This document shows, piece after piece, positions 29,397 through 37,889 of a stretch of 64,000 nucleotides of DNA. The number at the start of each line of letters is the position of its first letter. Within the stretch, counting starts at the first letter, position 1. A program made the translations under genes and the position numbers. The notes under the pieces were generated by a model that worked only from the letters and a program-made list of their open reading frames with translations, was not told where the DNA came from and searched no databases. This stretch comes from Chloroflexota bacterium (GTDB lineage Bacteria; Chloroflexota; Limnocylindria; Limnocylindrales; CSP1-4), in assembly GCA_016200665.1 (NCBI GenBank), contig JACQEG010000019.1, forward strand, positions 6,126 to 70,125. Reading direction: 5' to 3'.

Positions 29397-31000
29397 CGAG
29401 CGCCATGACCACGAGGCGCGAGGGGGCCGCGGCTCTCGACCTCGCGGGCTGCCGGGTCCTGCGGACGTTCGTGGGCCTCGAGCCCACGCCGGAGGTGCTG
29501 GCCGCGATCCAGCGCGGCGACGCCTCCGGGGTGACGCTCTTCCGTCACAAGAACGTCGGCTCGCCCGAGCAGCTGCGCGAGCTATGCGCGCGACTGCAGG
29601 ACGCGCGACCGGCGGGCGACCCGCCGCTCATCATCGGGCTCGACCAGGAGGGCGGCCAGCTCCAGGCCGTCGGCGATCCGGCGACGGCGTGGCCGGGCAA
29701 CCTGGCCCTCGGCGCGACCGGCTCGGCGGCCCTCGCGGAGGCGACCGGGCGGGCGATCGGCCTCGAGGCAGCGGCGCTCGGCGCCAACCTCGTCTTCGCG
29801 CCCGTGTGCGACGTCCTCCAGCCGGCGTCGGCCAGCCCGCTCGGGACGCGGCCGTTCGGCTCGGATCCGGCGCTCGTCGGTCGACTCGCGGCGGCGATGG
29901 TGCGCGGCCTCCAGGGGGCCAGCGTCGCCGCGGTGCTCAAGCACTTCCCGGGCCACGGATCCGCCGTCGGCGATTCGCACGCCGCGATGCCGGTCGTGCG
30001 CGACGACGCCGCGACCGTCCGGGCCCGCGATCTCGCGCCGTTTCGCGACGGGATCGCGGCGGGCGTGAAGGCGGTCCTGCCGGGTCACCTCGCGGTACCC
30101 GCCCTCACCGACGGGGAGCCGATCGCGGCCACGGTCTCGCGCCAGCTCCTGGGAGCGCTCCTCCGCGGCGAGCTCGGCTTCGGTGGCGTCACGATCAGCG
30201 ACGCACTCGACATGGGCGGTGCGGGGACGGCCGGGCACCTGGATGCCCAGGCGCTCGCGGCGGTCGCGGCCGGCATGGACCTGCTGCTGCTCGTCCACCC
30301 GGCCACGCTCGAGGACAGCGTCGTGGACGCCATCCGCACGGCGCGCGCCGGCGGGGCCCTGGACCCGGCCGATGCCACCGCGGCGCGGGCGCGCATCCAC
30401 GCCCTGCGGACCTGGCTGGGCGAGATCGAGCAGCCGGGCCTCGAGGTCGTGGGTTGCAAGGCTCACCTGGCGCTCGCGCGCCGGATCGCGGAGGCTTCCG
30501 TGACCCTGGTCCGGGATCCCGCGGGGCTGCTGCCCGTGCTCGCCGCCGGCGCGGGCTCGCGCATCGCCCTCGTCGCGCCCGTCCCGGTCGACCTGACACC
30601 GGCCGAGACCTCGTCCTACGTGCAGCTCGGTCTCGCGGACGCCCTCCGGCGCCGAGGCCTGGACGTCTCCGAGATCGTCGCCCCGCTCGACCCGACAGCG
30701 GGTCAGGTCGCGGCGCTCCTGGACGCCAGCCGCGATGCGGACCTCGTCCTGGTGGCGACGTTCGATGCCGTCTCGCATCCGGGACAGGCCGCGTTGGCAC
30801 GGGCCTTCGCGGCCACCGCGCGGCCGGCGATCGCCATCGCGCTGCGCAGCCCGTACGACGTGGCCCTCTTCGGCCCGGCGCTGACCGCGATCTGCACGTA
30901 CGGGATCCAGGCGCCGCAGATGGACGCGCTTGCCGCCGGGCTCGTCGGCGAGATTCGGTTCGCGGGCCGGCCGCCGGTCAACCTGGCGGCCGGGTCGTGA
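29393..31000 (+). CDS. Glycoside hydrolase family 3 (beta-N-acetylhexosaminidase/beta-glucosidase-like)
   Basis: ATGA overlap with the upstream gene. Motifs seen are GLDQEGG, KHFPGHG and ISDALDMGG. The 535 aa protein has a C-terminal alpha/beta domain. Confidence 0.88.
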   Translation: MTSAMTTRREGAAALDLAGCRVLRTFVGLEPTPEVLAAIQRGDASGVTLFRHKNVGSPEQLRELCARLQDARPAGDPPLIIGLDQEGGQLQAVGDPATAWPGNLALGATGSAALAEATGRAIGLEAAALGANLVFAPVCDVLQPASASPLGTRPFGSDPALVGRLAAAMVRGLQGASVAAVLKHFPGHGSAVGDSHAAMPVVRDDAATVRARDLAPFRDGIAAGVKAVLPGHLAVPALTDGEPIAATVSRQLLGALLRGELGFGGVTISDALDMGGAGTAGHLDAQALAAVAAGMDLLLLVHPATLEDSVVDAIRTARAGGALDPADATAARARIHALRTWLGEIEQPGLEVVGCKAHLALARRIAEASVTLVRDPAGLLPVLAAGAGSRIALVAPVPVDLTPAETSSYVQLGLADALRRRGLDVSEIVAPLDPTAGQVAALLDASRDADLVLVATFDAVSHPGQAALARAFAATARPAIAIALRSPYDVALFGPALTAICTYGIQAPQMDALAAGLVGEIRFAGRPPVNLAAGS

Positions 31001-32025
31001 GCCTCAGAATCGAGCTCGGCGAGAGTCCCGCCGTCGTCGAGCGCCTGCTCGATGCCGCGGCGGAGCCGATCGAGCGCGTCGCGCAGGCCGTCCGGGCGCG
31101 GGCCATCGACCTCGCGGTCATCGCGGCCCGCGGCACCTCGGATCACGCGGCCGTGTACGCCCAGTACATCCTCGGGGCGCGGAACGGGATGGTCGTCGCG
31201 CCGGCGACGCCCTCGCTGTCGTCGCTCTACGACGCGCCACCGCACCTGGCTCGCGCCCTGGTCCTCGGGATCTCGCAATCCGGCCGGTCGCCCGATGTCG
31301 TGTCGGTGCTGGCCGATGCGCGACGCCAGGGCGCCCTGACCGTCGCGGTGACGAACGAGCCCGACTCGGAGCTGGCTGGAGCAGCGGAGTTCGTCATCGA
31401 GCTGGGCGCCGGCCCCGAGCTCGCGGTCGCCGCGACGAAGACGTACATCGCCGAGGTCGGCGTCGTCGCCATGCTCTCGGCCGCCCTGTCCGGCGACGCA
31501 GAGTCGGCGAAGCAGCTCCGTGCCGCACCCGCGGCCATGCGCGCGGCGCTCGATCAGGAGTCACGCGTCAAGCGCCTGGCCGCCAGCCGCGCCCGCATCG
31601 AGGAGTGCGTCGTCCTCGCCCGCGGGTTCCAGTACGCGACGGCGCGCGAATGGGCGCTCAAGCTCAAGGAGCTGACCCGCGTCCTCGCCGATCCCTATTC
31701 CGGCGCTGACTTCCAGCACGGGCCGATCGCCCTCGTCGAGCCGGGCTTTCCGGTGCTCGCCGTGGCGAGCGCGGGTCCCGCGCTGGCGGGAATGCTCGAG
31801 CTGCTCGGCCGGCTGCGCGACCGAGGCGGCGAGATCCTCACGGTCTCGGACGACGCGACGATCCTGGCGATGGGCGACGGGGTCCCGTTGCCGCTCATGC
31901 CCGAATGGCTGTCGCCGCTCGCGGCGATCATCCCGGCCCAGCTGTTCGCCTACCACCTGGCGGTGGCGAAGGGCCTGGATCCGGATGCGCCGCCGAACCT
32001 CACGAAAGTGACACGGACCCTGTGA
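30997..32025 (+). CDS. Double-SIS-domain sugar-phosphate isomerase/deaminase (GlmS-C/NagB-II/FrlB-like)
   Basis: GTGA overlap with the upstream gene. Motifs seen are GISQSGRSPD and VAVTNEPDSELA, plus a second SIS half with the C-terminal PPNLTKVTRT. Confidence 0.8.
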   Translation: MSLRIELGESPAVVERLLDAAAEPIERVAQAVRARAIDLAVIAARGTSDHAAVYAQYILGARNGMVVAPATPSLSSLYDAPPHLARALVLGISQSGRSPDVVSVLADARRQGALTVAVTNEPDSELAGAAEFVIELGAGPELAVAATKTYIAEVGVVAMLSAALSGDAESAKQLRAAPAAMRAALDQESRVKRLAASRARIEECVVLARGFQYATAREWALKLKELTRVLADPYSGADFQHGPIALVEPGFPVLAVASAGPALAGMLELLGRLRDRGGEILTVSDDATILAMGDGVPLPLMPEWLSPLAAIIPAQLFAYHLAVAKGLDPDAPPNLTKVTRTL

Positions 32026-33188
32026 TCCGCCTCGCCGGCCACCTGTACGCACCGGATGACCGCGGCCTCGCCCTCGTGACCGTCGACGACGGCACGGTCG
32101 CCGCCATCGAGCCCCTGGACCCGGCCGTGCCGCTGCCGGCGGGCACGATCGGCGGACCGGCCTCGCGCCTCCTGCCCGGGCTCGTCGACATCCAGGTCAA
32201 CGGCGCGTTCGGCCACGACTTCGCCGATCCGGCGGCGGACATGGCGATGATCTGCCGCCGGCTGCCCGAGCTCGGCGTGACTGCCTTCGTGCCGACGATC
32301 GTCACGTCGCCTCCGGCCGCCTACGCCCCGGCGCTCGCCAACCTTCGGCGCCCACCCCTGCCCGGGGAGGCGCGGGTGCTCGGGGTGCACATCGAGGGGC
32401 CGTTCATCAGCTCGGCTCACCCCGGCACGCACGACCCGGCCCTGATCCGGCCGCCGGACGTGGGCGAGGCCGCGGCCTGGCTGGCGACGGGCGACGTCAG
32501 GTGGCTGACCCTGGCCCCGGAGCTGCCCGGCGCCCTGGGCCTCGTGCGGTTCCTGGCGGACCGGGGTGTCCGCGTCTCGATGGGCCACACCGATGCCACG
32601 TGGGCCGACGCCGAGGCCGCGGTCGGCGCCGGGACCTCGCTCGTCACCCACCTCTTCAACGCCATGCGGCCGCTCCGCCACCGCGACCCCGGCGTCGCCG
32701 GCTACGCGCTGGCGTCGAGCCTTCCGGTCGGCGTCATCGGCGACGGCCACCACCTGGCCTTCGAGACGCTCCGCCTGATCGCCCGGGTCAAGGCCCCCGA
32801 CGAGCTGTACCTCGTGACCGACGCGCTGGCAGGGCTCGGCATGCCGCCCGGCCGCTACTCGCTCGCGGGCCGGGAGTACGTCTCCGACGGCACCTGCGGC
32901 CGGCTGCCCGACGGGACCCTGTCGGGATCGCTGCTGTCGCTGCCGCTCGCGATCCGGAACCTCGTGGAGGAGGTCGGCCTGGACCCGGCGCTGGCCATCC
33001 GGATGGCGACGCTCAACCCGGCGCGGGCCCTCGACCTCGGGACCGACCTCGGGCGCATCGAGCCCGGCCGGACCGCGAACCTGGTCGTCGTCGACGACGC
33101 GTGGGCGGTCCAGGCGACGGTCGCCGGGGGCGCGCTCGCCTTCGACGCGGCGCGACGAGCGGCGTCCCCCGTTCGGACCGAGCCGTGA
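32022..33188 (+). CDS. nagA: N-acetylglucosamine-6-phosphate deacetylase
   Basis: GTGA overlap with the upstream gene. Amidohydrolase motifs seen are PGLVDIQVNGAFGHDF, GVHIEGPF, SMGHTDAT, THLFNAM and LVTDA. Confidence 0.85.
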   Translation: MIRLAGHLYAPDDRGLALVTVDDGTVAAIEPLDPAVPLPAGTIGGPASRLLPGLVDIQVNGAFGHDFADPAADMAMICRRLPELGVTAFVPTIVTSPPAAYAPALANLRRPPLPGEARVLGVHIEGPFISSAHPGTHDPALIRPPDVGEAAAWLATGDVRWLTLAPELPGALGLVRFLADRGVRVSMGHTDATWADAEAAVGAGTSLVTHLFNAMRPLRHRDPGVAGYALASSLPVGVIGDGHHLAFETLRLIARVKAPDELYLVTDALAGLGMPPGRYSLAGREYVSDGTCGRLPDGTLSGSLLSLPLAIRNLVEEVGLDPALAIRMATLNPARALDLGTDLGRIEPGRTANLVVVDDAWAVQATVAGGALAFDAARRAASPVRTEP

Positions 33189-34600
33189 CCGCCGCGGGCA
33201 TCGCACCCGCTCCCGTGACGCCGCGCGTCCGTCCACCGCTCGATCCCGACTTCCAGCCGATCGCCCTCGCCCGCCGGGCGATGCTCGAGGCCGCGCGGAC
33301 CGACGGTCGCGCCGTGCCGGTGGCGCTGGCGCTGGAGCAGCCGGGCGGTGCGGTCGACGTCCGCGAGACACTCGTCATCCCGGCCGGGCGTCGTGGCGCG
33401 GCACTGAGCCGGGTGCTCTGCGAGCGACTCGCGAAGGCGATGCTCTGGTCACGCGGCGGCTCGCGCCTGTGGGTCGACGGGCCGGCGGACCTCGTCGCCG
33501 GGCTCCGGCGCCACTACGCGATGACATCGGTCGGTCGGTTCGACGCGGCCACGATCGGCGAGGCCGTGTACGCCGTGCCGCTCGAGGTCGTCGCGGCGCC
33601 GCGGGCCGAGTTCCCAACCAACCGCGATGCGGGGTCCGTGCTCGGCGGGCACCTCGACGGCTGCCGGATCGGCTTCGACCTCGGGGCGAGCGATCGCAAG
33701 GCGGCGGCGGTCCTCGACGGCCGCGTCGTGTTCAGCGAGGAGGTCGCGTGGGATCCGGCGCGGCAGGCCGACCCGCAATGGCACGTCGACCAGATCCAGG
33801 ACTCGCTGCGGCGGGCCGCCGCGCACCTGCCCCGGGTCGACGCCATCGGCGGCAGCTCGGCGGGGATCTACGTCGACAGCGCGGTCCGGGTCGCCTCGCT
33901 GTTCCGCTCCGTCCCGCCCGAGCTGTTCCGCAGCCGCGTGGCCGGCATCTTCCGCGAGCTCCGGGTGGCGTGGGGCGGCATCCCGTTCGTCGTGATCAAC
34001 GACGGCGAGGTGACCGCGCTCGCGGGCGCGATGCTCGCCGGGGTGGGCGGCCTGCTCGGGATCGCGATGGGCTCGTCCGAGGCGGCCGGGTACGTCCGGT
34101 CGGACGGCCGGCTCACGCCATGGCTCAACGAGCTGGCCTTCGTCCCGATCGACGTCGGAGCGGGGGCGGCGATCGACGACTGGTCGGGCGACCGCGGCTG
34201 CGGCGGCCAGTACCTCTCGCAGCAGGCGACGGGCCGGCTGCTTGGCCCGGCCGGCATCGAGGTCGCGGACGCGATGCCATTGCCCGAGCGCCTGATCCAG
34301 CTCCAGCAGCTGATGGCGTCGGGCGACGAGCGAGCCGCTCGCGTCTACCAGACGGTCGGCACGTACCTCGGCTACGCGCTCATCGAGTACCACGAGCTCT
34401 ACGACTTCGACCACCTGCTGCTGCTCGGCCGGGTCACGACGGGCGGCGGTGGCCAGCTCATCGAAGAGCGGGCGATCGAGGTCCTCCGGGCCGAGGCGCC
34501 GGCAATCGCCGCCGCGTTGACCTTCCACCGCGTGTCCGAGCGCGACAAGCGTCACGGCCAGGCCGTTGCGGCTGCGAGCCTGCCGTCGCTCGCCGGGTAG
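33185..34600 (+). CDS. ROK/ASKHA-type sugar kinase-like protein with a ~150-aa N-terminal extension
   Basis: GTGA overlap with the upstream gene. The kinase core is IGFDLGASDRKAAAV...GGSSAGIYV...VINDGEVTALAG...GIAMGSSEAAG. It lacks the classical ROK CXCGXXGC zinc motif. Confidence 0.7.
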   Translation: MTAAGIAPAPVTPRVRPPLDPDFQPIALARRAMLEAARTDGRAVPVALALEQPGGAVDVRETLVIPAGRRGAALSRVLCERLAKAMLWSRGGSRLWVDGPADLVAGLRRHYAMTSVGRFDAATIGEAVYAVPLEVVAAPRAEFPTNRDAGSVLGGHLDGCRIGFDLGASDRKAAAVLDGRVVFSEEVAWDPARQADPQWHVDQIQDSLRRAAAHLPRVDAIGGSSAGIYVDSAVRVASLFRSVPPELFRSRVAGIFRELRVAWGGIPFVVINDGEVTALAGAMLAGVGGLLGIAMGSSEAAGYVRSDGRLTPWLNELAFVPIDVGAGAAIDDWSGDRGCGGQYLSQQATGRLLGPAGIEVADAMPLPERLIQLQQLMASGDERAARVYQTVGTYLGYALIEYHELYDFDHLLLLGRVTTGGGGQLIEERAIEVLRAEAPAIAAALTFHRVSERDKRHGQAVAAASLPSLAG

Positions 34601-34605
34601 GCAGG

Positions 34606-34917
34606 TCAGCCAGGAGGCACGAGGCTCCGGCCCGCGAAGGGCGACGCGGGCAGGCGCATAAGCCGGTCGCTGGTGGTGGCATCATCGTCGGCCCGCAGGT
34701 ACTCAAGCCCGCAGTGCGGGCACGGCCCGACGACGCGCACCGAGATCGTCCGATCGCCATCGACGACGACGTACGAGGCCACGCCGTAGCGGATGTCCAT
34801 GATCGCCCGCATTGCGGAGACCTGGCGTCCGTCGCCGAGCTGGAGGGCAGCCGGGTGCGGGTCGTTGCGCCGACCCGGGGCGCTGACCTCGATGGCGACG
34901 ACGCGATGGGGCTCCAT
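34606..34917 (-). CDS. Hypothetical 103-aa protein (single CPHC motif)
   Basis: GC3 is high. ATG 34917 is chosen (GGGAGG 14 nt upstream); GTG 34986 is an alternative. The gene lies 124 nt downstream of the small secreted-peptide ORF on the same strand. Confidence 0.4.
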   Translation of the reverse strand: MEPHRVVAIEVSAPGRRNDPHPAALQLGDGRQVSAMRAIMDIRYGVASYVVVDGDRTISVRVVGPCPHCGLEYLRADDDATTSDRLMRLPASPFAGRSLVPPG

Positions 34918-35041
34918 GCCTTGGAACCTGGCCTCCCTGCTGCGCGTGGTGGGCCCGCCGTCGAGGCGCCGCGTCAGGCCTGGCACGCCCCGGGCGCGGC
35001 GCTATCGGATGAGTTGACCCTGGATCCGGTTCAGATTCAGA

Positions 35042-35167
35042 TCAGTGGGGGATGGGACTGCCACCGCCGTCCGCCAGGGCGGTGGCCGCGGCGAAGGCGA
35101 GGGTCGACAGAGCAGCCAGGGCAGCGAACGAGATCGAGCGGAGATGGCCGATGAGGTGACGACGCAC
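35042..35167 (-). CDS. Candidate secreted pro-peptide, 41 aa (MRRHLIGHLRSISFAALAALSTLAFAAATALADGGGSPIPH)
   Basis: The ORF is below the ORF-track size cutoff and was found by hand. GTG 35167 has GGGAGG 6 nt upstream. The peptide has a basic n-region, a ~20-aa hydrophobic core, an A-L-A motif and a 9-aa tail. GC3 is about 80%. It is divergent from the HTH-TPR gene. Confidence 0.4.
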   Translation of the reverse strand: MRRHLIGHLRSISFAALAALSTLAFAAATALADGGGSPIPH

Positions 35168-35215
35168 GGGGAGCCTCCCTGTCCCGCCGTCGCCCGGAGC
35201 ACGCCACGCACGAGG

Positions 35216-35245
35216 ATGCTAGGCGTCTGCTCGCTCGTTCGTCAA
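35216..35245 (-). promoter_or_regulatory. Putative promoter TTGACG-N18-TAGCAT for the small peptide ORF
   Basis: On the minus strand, TTGACG lies at 35245-35240 and TAGCAT at 35221-35216. The AGTAATACT palindrome (35246-35254) abuts the -35 element. Confidence 0.4.
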
Positions 35246-35327
35246 GTAATACTGCACCCCACGCCCGGCCCGGGACCGGTGAGGGCCTGACGCTCGCGAC
35301 AGAGGCGGTCAACCAAGAACCATCGCG

Positions 35328-35343
35328 TGGTATGGTGCTGTCC
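35328..35343 (+). promoter_or_regulatory. Putative extended -10 (TGgTATGGT) giving a leaderless HTH-TPR transcript
   Basis: TATGGT lies at 35331-36 with TG at 35328-29. ATG 35344 follows after 7 nt. There is no SD before either candidate ATG. Confidence 0.35.
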
Positions 35344-36648
35344 ATGCCACACAAGTCGCTCGGACGCACGCTCGCCCGCGAGGATGCCCCGATCGCCCGG
35401 GCGGTCGGCGAGCGGATCCGGGCCGAGCGGTTGCGGGCCCGCCTGACCCAGCAGCAGCTGGCCGACCCGCGCTACACGAAGGCGTACATCAGCGCCCTCG
35501 AGAACGGCCTCGCGAAGCCGTCGCTCGCCGCGCTGACGTTCATCGCCGGCAAGCTCGGGCTGACCCCGGCCTCGTTCCTGACGGCCGGGGAGCCGGCGTG
35601 GTCACGCCTCGAGGCCGATCTCGCCCTGGCGTCTGGCGAGTGGACCCGCGCGGTCGATGCGTACACGTCCCTGCTCGAGGCGGCCAGGCTGCCCGTCGAG
35701 CGAGCCGAGCTCGGTCTCGGTCTCGCCGAGGCCCTCATCCGGCTGGAGCGTGGCTCCGACGTGCTGGCCGCCGCCGGACCTGCCGCCGCGACCTTCCAGG
35801 CCACCGGGCGGCGGGCCGACGCGGCGCGCGCGCGGTACTGGATCGCGGCGGCCGAATACCAGCTCGACAACGAGACGGAGGCGCGCTCGATCATGCGGGC
35901 CCTGCTCGACGAGGTACGCGCCGGCTTGAGGATCGAACCGGACTTCGAGGTCCGGCTGCTCATCGCCCTCGCGGCGATCGACGGTCGGGCGATGCAGCCG
36001 AAGCGGGCACTCGCCTATCTCGACGAGGCGCGGGGTGTGGTCGAGGGCATGGACGATCGACGCCGGGCCACGTTCCTGAGCTCGCTCGCCGTCGGCTACC
36101 GCGAGAGCGGCGACGCCGAGGCCGCCATCCGGGTGGGCAACCAGGCGATCGCTCGATTCCGCGAGCTCGAGGCCGATCGCGAGGTCGCCGGCCTCGAGAA
36201 CGAGCTGGCGCTCACCCATCTGGCACTCGGATCCGCTCGCCGGGCGCGGCAGCATGCCGCGGCCGCCGCCGAGATCTGCCAGCGCCTTGGCGATCGCCAC
36301 TGGCTCGCCCACGTTCGCGAGACGCAGGCCCAGATCGAGCTCGCTGCCGGCGATCCCGGAGAGGCGGCGACGGCCGCGACCGAGGCGGCGGCGCTCGCCG
36401 ACGCGACCGGCAATCGCAAGGCTGCCATCAGCGCCCGACTGACACTGGCCAGGGCCCATCGGGCCCTCGGCCGGCGCGACGACGCCGTGGCGGCGCTGGA
36501 GCTGGCAGCGGACCAGGCCCGCGCGCACGGCCGCGTGCCGCAGCTACGCGACGTCCTGACCGAATGGGCCGACCTGCGGGCCGAGCTCGGCGATCCGCAG
36601 GGGGCCTACGCCCTCTCGCGCGAGGCGCTCGCGCTGGCTCGCGGCTGA
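35344..36648 (+). CDS. XRE-family HTH regulator with a long TPR-like C-terminal domain
   Basis: The HTH is IRAERLRARLTQQQLADPRYTKAYISALENGLAKPSLAALTFIAGKLG, followed by ~370 aa of Ala/Leu/Arg-rich helical repeats. ATG 35332 is an alternative start. Confidence 0.85.
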   Translation: MPHKSLGRTLAREDAPIARAVGERIRAERLRARLTQQQLADPRYTKAYISALENGLAKPSLAALTFIAGKLGLTPASFLTAGEPAWSRLEADLALASGEWTRAVDAYTSLLEAARLPVERAELGLGLAEALIRLERGSDVLAAAGPAAATFQATGRRADAARARYWIAAAEYQLDNETEARSIMRALLDEVRAGLRIEPDFEVRLLIALAAIDGRAMQPKRALAYLDEARGVVEGMDDRRRATFLSSLAVGYRESGDAEAAIRVGNQAIARFRELEADREVAGLENELALTHLALGSARRARQHAAAAAEICQRLGDRHWLAHVRETQAQIELAAGDPGEAATAATEAAALADATGNRKAAISARLTLARAHRALGRRDDAVAALELAADQARAHGRVPQLRDVLTEWADLRAELGDPQGAYALSREALALARG

Positions 36649-36679
36649 TCGTTCGCCCGCCGGTGTGGCGGGTCCGGGG

Positions 36680-37888
36680 TCAGACGCTTCGCGGCAGGAC
36701 CACGATCCGACGGTTGGGCTCCTCGCCGATCGACTGCGTCGCGACGTCCGGGTTGTTGCGGAGGGCCAGGTGGACCCACCGGCGCTCGAGCGCCGGCATC
36801 GGCTCCAGCTGGAGCATCTTGCCCGTCTCGAGGACCCGGGCGGCGGCGCGCTCGGCGATCTCGCGCAGCTGGCGCTCCCGCCGGCCGCGGTAGTCCTCGA
36901 CGTCGACGAGGACCCGCGTCCAGGCGCCCATCTCGCGCGACAGCATCAGGTTCACGAGGTGCTGGAGCGCCGACAGGCGCTCGCCCTTGCGGCCGATGAG
37001 GGCGCCAAGCGCCTCGCGCTCATCGCCGTCGCCGACGACATTGAGCCGGCTCGTCTCGCCGGACTCGACGTCGACCTTCACGTCGAAGCCCATGTGGTCG
37101 AGCAGCTTCTCGAGGATGACCTTGCCGGCGGCGAGCGCCTCGGGCGACGCCTCCGCGGCCTCGAGCTCGGCGCGCTCCGCGGCGACTGAGCCTCGCAGAG
37201 CCGCGACCTCGGCCTCCTCGGTCTCGCTCAGGCCGCTGCCGCCACGGTCGTCGCGACGGGGGCCGCGATCATCGTGTCGCGGAGGGCGGTCGTCGTACCG
37301 CGGACGGCGGTCGTCACGCGGAGCGCGCTCGCGCTCGGCGTAGGCCGGCCGATCCGCGCGCTCGACGGGGCCTCGGTCGTCGTGGCGTGGACCGCGCTCG
37401 GGCGCCGCACTGGGCGCGTCGCCTGCCGATGCGCCGGCTGGTGCACCCGCGTCGCGCCGGGGGCCTCGGTCGCCGAAGCCGCGATCGTCGCGGCGCGGCC
37501 CTCGATCGCGATCGCCGAAGCCACCGCGGTCGAAGCCGCGGCCACCGCCACGGTCGTCACGCCGCGGGCCCCGGTCGCGATCACCGAATCCGCCACGATC
37601 CCGGCGGCCGAAACCGCCACGGTCGTCGTCACGGTCTCGCGCCGGCGGCGCCGGCAGGGGCTTGGACGCGGCGGCCTCGCGCTTCGGCGCGGCGCCGCCC
37701 AGCAGCGATCGCGGTGCCGCGAGCACGCGGGCCGGCTCGGCCCCCATGCCCAGCACGCCCCGGCTGCCGGGGGTGAGGATCTCGAAGTCGAGGTCGTCCA
37801 GACCGACGCCGAACTCCTCGCGGGCGTTCTTCAGCGCCTCTTCGACGCTCTTGCCGGTGAACTCTCGGTAGGCATCCATGGCACTCAT
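36680..37888 (-). CDS. jag: Jag/KhpB (SpoIIIJ-associated, KH + R3H RNA-binding) with a ~170-aa Arg/Gly/Asp-rich insert
   Basis: The N-terminal Jag_N is GKSVEEALKNAREEFGV. The C-terminal KH/R3H region is IGRKGERLSALQHLVN...LEPMPALERRWVHLAL. The gene lies immediately downstream of yidC. Confidence 0.85.
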   Translation of the reverse strand: MSAMDAYREFTGKSVEEALKNAREEFGVGLDDLDFEILTPGSRGVLGMGAEPARVLAAPRSLLGGAAPKREAAASKPLPAPPARDRDDDRGGFGRRDRGGFGDRDRGPRRDDRGGGRGFDRGGFGDRDRGPRRDDRGFGDRGPRRDAGAPAGASAGDAPSAAPERGPRHDDRGPVERADRPAYAERERAPRDDRRPRYDDRPPRHDDRGPRRDDRGGSGLSETEEAEVAALRGSVAAERAELEAAEASPEALAAGKVILEKLLDHMGFDVKVDVESGETSRLNVVGDGDEREALGALIGRKGERLSALQHLVNLMLSREMGAWTRVLVDVEDYRGRRERQLREIAERAAARVLETGKMLQLEPMPALERRWVHLALRNNPDVATQSIGEEPNRRIVVLPRSV

Positions 37889-37889
37889 G

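Noticed and set aside
35045-35290. A plus-strand 81-aa ORF exactly antisense to the candidate secreted peptide ORF.
   Set aside because: It has no SD or promoter-like element, its translation is low-complexity, and it runs into the promoter region of the HTH-TPR gene. The minus-strand ORF has an SD, a promoter-like pair and a signal-peptide-like organisation. GC3 does not discriminate between the two, so some doubt remains.
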